A model generated the notes under the pieces. That model saw only the letters and a list, made by a program, of their open reading frames with translations, was not told the origin of the DNA and searched no databases. From Minisyncoccia bacterium (GTDB taxonomy: Bacteria > Patescibacteriota > Minisyncoccia > UBA6257 > JAAZHW01), in NCBI GenBank assembly GCA_049720475.1, contig JBNASH010000035.1, positions 20,015 to 84,014 of the forward strand: DNA of 64,000 bases, read 5' to 3'. Positions 10,601 to 17,333 of this stretch are shown piece after piece. The stretch's first letter is position 1; each line of letters begins with the position of its first letter. Both the position numbers and the translations under genes were made by a program.

Positions 10601-10965
10601 CATACTGGTGGAGTACTAGCTTCAGTACAATAACCATTGGGATAAACTGTAATTATCCATTCGCAACGATTATCTGCATTACAATCGCTTTGATTTGTGT
10701 AAGCTTGGCAATAAGTTGGAGTGGGGGTTGGAGTTGAAGTTGGAGTTGAAGTTGGAGTTGAAGTAGGAGTTGAAGTAGGAGTTGATGATTCAACACATTT
10801 TTGTGTTTTTGAATCCCACCAGCAACCAGCATCAAGACAATCTATTTTATTAGTAAAAGAAGAACATGATTGCGCTTTAATCTGATGTTTAATCACTATC
10901 CCAGCGACCAAAAAAACAAAAATTATTAAAATAAACAAAAAAGGTTTATTTTTAAAGATATTCAT
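7645..10965 (-). CDS. Large secreted or surface protein with signal anchor, Cys-rich modules, Thr-Pro-Thr-Ser linker repeats, Ig-like beta domains and a C-terminal PKD-like domain
   Basis: N-terminal hydrophobic helix. (TPTS)n linker. Repeated Cys-rich CxxxxDCxxxxC modules. TDPDGDI and WSWSFEGA PKD-type motifs. Many N-x-S/T sequons. Confidence 0.6.
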   Translation of the reverse strand: MNIFKNKPFLFILIIFVFLVAGIVIKHQIKAQSCSSFTNKIDCLDAGCWWDSKTQKCVESSTPTSTPTSTPTSTPTSTPTPTPTYCQAYTNQSDCNADNRCEWIITVYPNGYCTEASTPPVCSPSSLTYSNDNANLSYRSDCYNISSTYSSNITKSFSFGNEYINFYTSGLPSFETGSCPGSNLKTQICFYPAQNNSAFRPAWFVKKASSYTFQNSCSSCTMSVALQDSQELSRFAFISGKPCGSPSSYPAISVSATEGTASAQYKHQVSIRGGKWEGYSTIDAKRTLIYDFSIDKTKISKIGEPVTLHWKIINGPGSSSTGGGGGNKPERDPKTRQENPNEPPPGWDGGFLAPSKQFSFESIKNNLSQLFNLNKKAEALETYPTEEECLAHGCDWVYGAYNAWDPFAPAGCVCPYNTRISVPSSTNPPIIALVIGNATCKPEGDASDCPFHPNQIYPLVTSVSNVEPANSFSVKNIFQKLFGLISSTQAQTVTAFEKTYEGQLTLYPQSATNFYLITYGLIGEGSGYILSDPVQVDIATYNSSVDLKVQKSPGHDFVDGPVWIDKGDDVVLAWSSKDVVSCKASANPANTYWNGDVMTVNAGYTVPDIVTSTTFIITCKATNGTSVSDSVTVSIGKPKTPIVTIDASLTTVSEGANTTLTWTSVNVSSCTASSTPFNAQWTGNVATSGSKQIANLTQSTTFSISCDNNNASSNVTVNVVPQVATINIVARLDGQVWNGNVNYTLSGPTVISGTQPQSYNVAIQNAQGDLYSLIYQSGGPTNASFVGLESQSRVIKPADNVTFYLDFSTLNLCQIDVTALYNNQPWNGKLSYLLIGPTILTGNIVPYTFSAVPPGVYYISYISGGPDNFIGVELRNALTCPQSGSISFSLKFGTTPTPTPVIPPAEIGDNPPTAKIGCVADDMTNCSGTIDGDNNTPTITLYNASTDPDGDIKICQWAVAENPSLNKTSCSPLVIGDTIGNYSVTLTVTDSKGHSSQTSIVAKVKDVTELTPKFVWDPFTPVVGKETRFFDRSLTPKGTSLKTWSWSFEGANIATSTDPNPTVIFTSVGPKNVTLTVKNSANEIKSITQKIDVRAAAPEWKEVIPR
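10717..10793. repeat. About six tandem copies of a 12-nt unit (GGAGTTGAAGTT/A) encoding the Thr-Pro-Thr-Ser linker of the surface protein
   Basis: Direct periodicity visible in the sequence. It is coding, not a CRISPR array. Confidence 0.8.
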
Positions 10966-11111
10966 AATAATTAATTATTAAAAATGACCTTTGTTCATCC
11001 TTTTTATTATACTTCAAATAAAATTCTAAAACAATCAAGTTATGCTGTGGATATTATTCCCCTGAATTTTCCTAAATAATATTACAAATTACCTCCTAAA
11101 AAGGTTAATTT

Positions 11112-11150
11112 ACTAGAAAAATAAAAAAGAGGAGCTAAAAAGCTCCTCTT
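11112..11150 (-). terminator. Rho-independent terminator of the beta-barrel-like gene
   Basis: 10-bp stem AAGAGGAGCT / AGCTCCTCTT with AAAA loop, followed on the minus strand by TTTTTTTATTTTT. Confidence 0.6.
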
Positions 11151-11168
11151 ATGATATAATTTAGTATA

Positions 11169-12011
11169 TTAAAATCTATAAGCAACTCCCATTTGAACCA
11201 GAAAATGAGAAAAAGTCCTCGTTCCAAGTTCCTCATCATCAAAATAAATTACATCTTTTCGTTTTTCTATTTGAAAAGAAACTGGTAAAGAAAAATTACC
11301 TGCTCTAAATTGCAAGCCACCGCCAAATGTAAAAATAGTACCCGCCTTTAAATCAGTCATCTCAATAGAACGCTTATCCGAATAATACACACTACCTTTT
11401 GTCCCATCTGGATTAACACGCCAAAAAGTCCGTGTCCCCTGACCAAATTTAAATTCCCCATGGAAAATCAAATAAGGAATTCCGTTTTCCAGCACGGTGT
11501 AATCAATGATTCTAATAAAACCACCATCTGTTTTTCCAGCCCATTTCTTTACACTAACCATTCCAAAAGGAGTAATTCCCATTTTTTTGGAAAATTTCAA
11601 TGTGAAGAGATTTAACTTTACCTCTGCTCCTATATACGGAGCAGTTTTTAACACAGTTAAATCATTTCGGGTGACATCTTTAAACAAAAAGTCCCCGAAT
11701 CTATCTTCCAACCAGAAATAGTTGGACCAAATGGTTTCCTGCCAGAATTCTTTTTGAGTCTCTTTTTTTACTCCACCTATAACTCCCACATAGAATCCTT
11801 TAAAAATTCTTAACCGGAATGCCAATCTAATATCGGGATTATAGGTTTTCTCAACGATATCATTCGGCATGTTCCATTTATGTACCCAAAACTGTCCATA
11901 ATCAACTTCCAGCTCCCAGCGATCCTTTTTCGCCTTTTCCTGAGCTTGAGTCGAAACGAAAAGAACAGCCACCAATAAAATAATACCCAAAAAAACTAAC
12001 ATTTTTTTCAC
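11169..12011 (-). CDS. Secreted protein with outer-membrane beta-barrel-like features (signal peptide, C-terminal aromatic ...GVAYRF)
   Basis: Signal peptide MKKMLVFLGIILLVAVLFVSTQAQE. Alternating hydrophobic pattern. Terminal Phe as in OMP C-terminal beta-signals. Strong SD GGGAGGTG upstream. Confidence 0.45.
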   Translation of the reverse strand: MKKMLVFLGIILLVAVLFVSTQAQEKAKKDRWELEVDYGQFWVHKWNMPNDIVEKTYNPDIRLAFRLRIFKGFYVGVIGGVKKETQKEFWQETIWSNYFWLEDRFGDFLFKDVTRNDLTVLKTAPYIGAEVKLNLFTLKFSKKMGITPFGMVSVKKWAGKTDGGFIRIIDYTVLENGIPYLIFHGEFKFGQGTRTFWRVNPDGTKGSVYYSDKRSIEMTDLKAGTIFTFGGGLQFRAGNFSLPVSFQIEKRKDVIYFDDEELGTRTFSHFLVQMGVAYRF

Positions 12012-12026
12012 TTCACACCTCCCTTT

Positions 12027-12077
12027 TCTGCCTTGTTTGAATTTGTTTTTCGTCTTTTGACGAAAAACAGCAAGGCA
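12027..12077 (-). promoter_or_regulatory. Nested stem-loop in the 5' leader of the beta-barrel-like gene (outer CTGCCTTG/CAAGGCAG, inner 10-bp GTTTTTCGTC/GACGAAAAAC), just upstream of the SD
   Basis: Inverted repeats read directly from the sequence. Function unknown. Confidence 0.35.
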
Positions 12078-12104
12078 GATTTTATTTTCAAATTGCTACT
12101 TTAA

Positions 12105-12132
12105 TATATAAACATTTTTAAAACGATGTCAA
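12105..12132 (-). promoter_or_regulatory. Putative sigma-70 promoter for the beta-barrel-like gene: -35 TTGACA, 16-nt spacer, -10 TATATA
   Basis: Consensus hexamers on the reverse complement of the 415-bp intergenic region. Confidence 0.35.
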
Positions 12133-12426
12133 GAACATACTCGTTAAAGTTTTCTTTATAAGCTAAATGGGCTTAAATTTATTTATGACATTAATGAAAT
12201 TTTCAAAATGTTCTATTTTTAACTACTTGACTTTATTTTAATCTTTTTATAAACAATACTTTTATTTTGTTTTGAAATATAAGATCCGAACTAAAAATTT
12301 TTAAACACCACCAAATGGCACTTCCTCTTTTTCTCCTTGTCAAAAATTTACTGGCGAAGAAAAAGTGATAATAAACGTGTCTTTTTTTAATTCTTTTTAT
12401 GATTTCTGATACAAATTTTTTGCAAA

Positions 12427-13503
12427 TTATTTTTTCTTTTTACAAATTAATTGTTGATAAATATTTATATGTCTATTAATAATATTTTTTAATTCTAATT
12501 TTCTTATTGAACCAATTGGTTTAAGGGGAGCCTTCTGATAAACTTCTATTAATGCCTGTGTAAATCTTTTTGGAATTTCTCTTATTTCATTGTCGGATAC
12601 TTTATATATAGTAATCTTATCCCATTGTTCTTGATAAAATCCGACATCAGAAACAACAACATGACAACCACAATCTTTGGCTAATTCAATCTGACCGCTA
12701 TGTGTTCCCCATTTGTATGGCAAAATAATGGCATGTGACTTTAAAAATGCTCTTGTTATTTCTTTATTTGAAATTTCTGGCTTTGAAATTATTCTTATTC
12801 GCCGATTATTAGAAACTATTTGATAAAAATTTAATAATTGATTTTTTAATTTACAGTATTGTTTATCTTCGTATAAATTTATTGGTTTGAAAATTAATTG
12901 GAGTTTGGCTTTTTTTAAACTGCTACATTGTAGAAAATTTATAATACTTTGAATATATTCTTTATTTTCTCTAAAGTCTCCTATAAGATATGTGAATAAA
13001 TTTTTATCCTTTCGGCATGTTCTTCTTAATCTTCGAACTTCATCTGGATCAGCTATATATCCCGCTGGTATCACTTCTATAGGAAGATGGGGTCTCCCCC
13101 AATTATTTTCAATCCAATTCTTGGCCCCTACAGTCAAAGTTATAAGTTTATCTGCATATCTAAATAATAATTTTTCATATTTTCCTTTTTCTAAATTTCT
13201 AATTCTTTGAGGTTTAAGACTGTGCACAGTCCAAACAATTGGCTTTTTTATGGATTTAAAATAATCAAGCAACTTTTTAAATTGAGAAAGTGGCAACAGA
13301 TTAAAAGAAAAATGAATATGAATAATATCATACGCTTCGGAAGGAAAATTTTTCTCAAGATATTCAGGAAAAGCTAACCCTTGTTCGAAAAAATCAGTAT
13401 CTGGATTAACAAATACTATTGGAGTCTTATTCAATTTGCTCATATATGGGTGGCGCGCGGGCAGACTTAAAACTCTTATAATTTTCTTATGTGACATAAG
13501 CAT
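12427..13503 (-). CDS. Glycosyltransferase, GT-B fold (GT1/GT4-like)
   Basis: 358 aa. C-terminal HSGQIELAKDCGCHVVVSDVG resembles the E-x7-E sugar-donor region of GT4 enzymes. Weak overall similarity. Confidence 0.45.
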   Translation of the reverse strand: MLMSHKKIIRVLSLPARHPYMSKLNKTPIVFVNPDTDFFEQGLAFPEYLEKNFPSEAYDIIHIHFSFNLLPLSQFKKLLDYFKSIKKPIVWTVHSLKPQRIRNLEKGKYEKLLFRYADKLITLTVGAKNWIENNWGRPHLPIEVIPAGYIADPDEVRRLRRTCRKDKNLFTYLIGDFRENKEYIQSIINFLQCSSLKKAKLQLIFKPINLYEDKQYCKLKNQLLNFYQIVSNNRRIRIISKPEISNKEITRAFLKSHAIILPYKWGTHSGQIELAKDCGCHVVVSDVGFYQEQWDKITIYKVSDNEIREIPKRFTQALIEVYQKAPLKPIGSIRKLELKNIINRHINIYQQLICKKKK

Positions 13504-13512
13504 TTCGTTTTA

Positions 13513-14991
13513 TTAATACCCCTTGGCAAAAAGAGCAATTTTTCTAGTAGGTTTTTTAGAATAAATACACAGACCATCAACCTCATTTATATCTAATATA
13601 TCTAAAGGAATACATCGAATGCTTGCTTTAGTTATATTTTTAATCTTTTCTTCAGTTTCGACAGTTCCATCCCAATGAGCAAATACAAAATTATGGTTAT
13701 GTATTTCTTTTTGAAAATTTTTCCAATCTGATACTTTTTTTGTTTTTTCTTGTCTGAAATTTTGAGCGCGTTTGTATAGATCTTCTTGAATAAGATTCAG
13801 TATTTGTGGTACTTTTTGATTAATCTCACCAATATTGATACGCATTTTTTCGCCAGTATCACGCCGCACCACAACAACGCTTTGACTTTCCAAATCTTTC
13901 GGACCTATTTCAAAACGAAGAGGAACACCTCGTTTTTCCCAGTAATAATATTTTTCGCCTGGGTGAAGATCTCGTAAATCAACCTTAATTTCTCCATTAA
14001 CAATTTTCTTCAAATCAGTAACTAAACTTTGGGCATTTTGTAAAACAATCTCCCTCTGATGATTATTATACCAAATAGGAATAATAACTATTTGAATAGG
14101 TGCTATTTTTGGAGGTAGTACCAAACCTTTATCATCACCATGGACCATAATAAGAGCTCCTATAACTCGAGTACTCAATCCCCAACTAGTCTGCCAACAA
14201 TATTCTTTTTTGCTGTTTTTATCAACAAAATGAAGATTAAAAACTTCAGCAAAATTTTGACCTAAATAATGTGATGTGGCAAATTGCAAAGCTTTTCCAT
14301 CTTGCATCATTGCTTCTAATGTATAAGTGCGAACTGCTCCGGCAAATTTTTCTGCTTCTGACTTAAAACCAGGTATTAAAGGGATGGCCAAGTATTCTTC
14401 CCCGAATTTTTGATACAAAGCCAAAATTTTTTGCGCAAACCCTTCAGCTTCCGAAGAAGAGACGTGGGCGGTATGTCCTTCTTGCCATAAAAATTCTGTC
14501 GTTCTTAAAAATAAACGCGGCCTCATTTCCCAACGAATAACATTTACCCATTGATTTATTAAAATGGGGAGATCACGGTATGAATGAATCCACTTCGCCA
14601 TTGTTGGATACATAATTGTTTCAGAAGTTGGTCTTATAATTAAAGCTTCTTTCAATCTTTCTCCGCCAGCATACGTAACCACTGCCACTTCCGGAGAAAA
14701 ACCCTCTAAGTGTTCTTTTTCTTTTTTAAGAAATCTCTCTGGAATTAAACTAGGAAAATAAACATTTTCTACTCCTAACTCTTTAAATTTTTGATCAAGA
14801 ATTGCTCTAATTTTTTCCCAAATAGCATAGCCGTACGGCTTTAAAATCATGCTTCCTCTTATTGGTCCGTATTCGGCTAAATCTGCGGCTTTAACTACAT
14901 CTTGATACCATTGCGAAAAATTTTTACTTCTTGGAGTGATTTTTTGATACGATTGCTTCCACTCCCAATTTTTATTCGTTGAATGTTGCAT
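13513..14991 (-). CDS. proS: Prolyl-tRNA synthetase, archaeal/eukaryotic-type (no editing insertion, C-terminal Zn domain)
   Basis: Class II motifs (IRPTSET ... FLRTTEF ... GLSTRVIGALIMVHGDDKGLVLPP) and a 492-aa architecture typical of type-3 ProRS. Confidence 0.8.
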   Translation of the reverse strand: MQHSTNKNWEWKQSYQKITPRSKNFSQWYQDVVKAADLAEYGPIRGSMILKPYGYAIWEKIRAILDQKFKELGVENVYFPSLIPERFLKKEKEHLEGFSPEVAVVTYAGGERLKEALIIRPTSETIMYPTMAKWIHSYRDLPILINQWVNVIRWEMRPRLFLRTTEFLWQEGHTAHVSSSEAEGFAQKILALYQKFGEEYLAIPLIPGFKSEAEKFAGAVRTYTLEAMMQDGKALQFATSHYLGQNFAEVFNLHFVDKNSKKEYCWQTSWGLSTRVIGALIMVHGDDKGLVLPPKIAPIQIVIIPIWYNNHQREIVLQNAQSLVTDLKKIVNGEIKVDLRDLHPGEKYYYWEKRGVPLRFEIGPKDLESQSVVVVRRDTGEKMRINIGEINQKVPQILNLIQEDLYKRAQNFRQEKTKKVSDWKNFQKEIHNHNFVFAHWDGTVETEEKIKNITKASIRCIPLDILDINEVDGLCIYSKKPTRKIALFAKGY

Positions 14992-15115
14992 AAATATATT
15001 TTAATTTTAAATATTAAATCTTTTTCCGACTGGAATTAGTGTTTTTCTAAATGGGGATTTAAAAATCGCGATTCTTTCACTCCCCACCACCTCTACCTGT
15101 CCCCTTTCATCAACT

Positions 15116-15144
15116 ATTATACCACTTTTTTCTGGAATTGCTAA
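15116..15144 (-). promoter_or_regulatory. Putative proS promoter: -35 TTAGCA, 17-nt spacer, extended -10 TGGTATAAT. It is followed by a roughly 110-nt G-rich leader containing the palindrome AATCGCGATT (15063-15072).
   Basis: Read on the reverse complement. TGnTATAAT is a strong extended -10. Confidence 0.4.
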
Positions 15145-15217
15145 AACAGGGGTTTTAAAATGAAAAAGAAAATTTTTCATTTTTTTACTCTCATCAAAAA
15201 TTTTTTACTTTTTAAAC

Positions 15218-16639
15218 TTAATTGTTTAATTTTTTAATAACTGGGCCGTTGGGTGTGTCCTCTACCCAATAACCTTCTTTTTTAATTTGTTCTCTAATTT
15301 CATCAGCTTTTTCAAAATTTTTCTGCTGGCGGTATCTTTCGCGTTTTTTCACCAATTCTAAAATTTTTTGGGGAATTTTTTCTTCTTTAATTTCGTTAAT
15401 TTTCAATCCCAAAACTTTATCAAAATTTAGAAGTAATTTATATTTCTCGCCAGCGGAAATTTTTTGTTCTTTAATCACCTGCCACATTATGGCCAAAGCC
15501 TGTGGCATTTTTAAATCATCATTGATAGCCTGTAAAAATTTTTTCTGATATTGCAGGGCTTCTTTTGAAAATTTTTTATTTTTCTCTTTCACTGCTTCCC
15601 TTTTTATTTCGCGCACTTTTTCATAAAGATTTTCCAAAGCATTTTGCGCAGCCATCAACCCATCCCAATAAAAAGTTAACTTCTGGCGATAATGAGTGTT
15701 TAAGCAAAAATAACGATAAGCCAATGGATTAATTTTTTTCTTAATGAGATTATTTAAAGTAATAAAACTACCTTCTGATTTTGACATTTTGCCTTTGTCC
15801 AAAACCAAAAATTCGCCATGCAGCCAAAACTTGGCTAAAATTTTTTGATAAGCCGCTTCGGCCTGCGCAATTTCATTGGTATGATGAATTAAAATATGAT
15901 CGATGCCGCCACAATGAATATCAAAAGGGATCCCCAAAAATTTCGAAGCCATAACCACACATTCTGTATGCCAACCAGGAAAACCTTTTCCCCACGGCGA
16001 ATCCCACTCCATTTGCCGCTTTACTCCTTCGGGTGTAAATTTCCAAAGCGCAAAATCAGTTAAACTTTTCTTACCTTCAATTTGTTCAATTCGCGCATAT
16101 TTCTCTAAATCCGACTCTTTTATGTGTTTTTTTAAATTTTTCGGCCAGAGTCGGCCATAAGTTTTTAACTTGGCAGTATCAAAATAAATTCCATCTTTAA
16201 TACGATAAGTAAATCCTTTTTTCTCCAAAATTTTTATTAATTCAATTTGATCTTTAATTGTTTCTGTGGCCTTCACCCAAATATCCGGCTCTTCAATATT
16301 TAGATTTTTCAGATCTTTTTTGAAAGCCTTTGTATAAAATTTGGCAATTGCCCAAGCGTCCCGCTTTTCTTTTTTGGCAGCTAACTCCATTTTGTCTTCT
16401 CCGCTATCAGCTTGTGAAGTTAAATGGCCCACATCAGTAATATTCATCACGTGTCTAATTTTAAAACCATTGTATCGCAAAACTCTTTTTAAAATATCTT
16501 CAAAAATATAAGTTCGTAAATTGCCGATATGTGCATAGGAATAAACGGTTGGGCCGCACGTATAAAGCCGCACCAATTTATCTTTTAATGGCTTAAAAAT
16601 TTGTTTTTTGTGTGTTAAAGTATTGAAAAATTTTATCAT
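15218..16639 (-). CDS. cysS: Cysteinyl-tRNA synthetase
   Basis: [13 protein letters not shown] (HIGH-type) and KMSKS (KMSKSEGSF) motifs. Cys/His zinc ligands. Confidence 0.85.
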   Translation of the reverse strand: MIKFFNTLTHKKQIFKPLKDKLVRLYTCGPTVYSYAHIGNLRTYIFEDILKRVLRYNGFKIRHVMNITDVGHLTSQADSGEDKMELAAKKEKRDAWAIAKFYTKAFKKDLKNLNIEEPDIWVKATETIKDQIELIKILEKKGFTYRIKDGIYFDTAKLKTYGRLWPKNLKKHIKESDLEKYARIEQIEGKKSLTDFALWKFTPEGVKRQMEWDSPWGKGFPGWHTECVVMASKFLGIPFDIHCGGIDHILIHHTNEIAQAEAAYQKILAKFWLHGEFLVLDKGKMSKSEGSFITLNNLIKKKINPLAYRYFCLNTHYRQKLTFYWDGLMAAQNALENLYEKVREIKREAVKEKNKKFSKEALQYQKKFLQAINDDLKMPQALAIMWQVIKEQKISAGEKYKLLLNFDKVLGLKINEIKEEKIPQKILELVKKRERYRQQKNFEKADEIREQIKKEGYWVEDTPNGPVIKKLNN

Positions 16640-16676
16640 TGCTGTATCAAAATTTTAGCAAACTATTATTGCTTTT

Positions 16677-17333
16677 TCAATTACTAAAAAAATAGCCAAT
16701 TTTTAAAGCATCTTTTTTACTAAATTTACCAACATGCATTCTTTCAAGTTCTTTCAAATAACCGCCGGTTTTTAATTTTTCGCCAAGATCACGCGCTAAA
16801 GATCGCACATAAAATCCTTTACCGCAAATAATTTTAACTTGCAAATAAGGCCAGCGATAACTAATCAATTGGATTTTTTTAACCTCAACCTTTCGTGGCT
16901 TTAAATTAATTTTTTTCCCTTCTCTTGCGTATTTATATGATTCTTTCCCTTTAATTTTAACAGCGCTAAATAACGGTGGCGTTTGCCAAATTTTCCCCTC
17001 AAAACTTTTCAAAATTTTTTCAATTTCTTTTTTGCTTGGTTTTTTTAAAATTTTCACTTTTTCTTTTTCTCCTTCTTCATCATCAGTTTTACTTCTTTCG
17101 CCTAATTTTATCACAGCCAAATATTCCTTTTCTTGTTGTAAAAATTCGTTTAATTTTTTAGTAGCAGACCGGCCTACGCCAACAACCAAAACCCCTTTTG
17201 CCAAAGGATCCAAAGTGCCGGCATGACCAACTTTATCTTTTACTTTTCTTTTAATAATATTTAAAACATCAGCCGACGTTAAACCCTTTGGCTTATAAAC
17301 CGCAAAAATTTTTCCTTTAAGTTCTTCAAACAT
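16677..17333 (-). CDS. truB: tRNA pseudouridine(55) synthase
   Basis: YKPKGLTSADVLN ... GHAGTLDPLAKGVLVVGVG catalytic-Asp motif. C-terminal PUA-like region. Confidence 0.8.
   Translation of the reverse strand: MFEELKGKIFAVYKPKGLTSADVLNIIKRKVKDKVGHAGTLDPLAKGVLVVGVGRSATKKLNEFLQQEKEYLAVIKLGERSKTDDEEGEKEKVKILKKPSKKEIEKILKSFEGKIWQTPPLFSAVKIKGKESYKYAREGKKINLKPRKVEVKKIQLISYRWPYLQVKIICGKGFYVRSLARDLGEKLKTGGYLKELERMHVGKFSKKDALKIGYFFSN

Noticed and set aside
10653-10835. Poly-(LQ) ORF, and possible CRISPR-like periodicity, at the 12-nt tandem repeat
   Set aside because: The repeat has a 12-nt period with no spacers and lies inside, in frame with, the large surface-protein gene, where it encodes TPTS linkers. 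The LQLQ ORF is the frame-shifted shadow of the same repeat. No cas genes are present.
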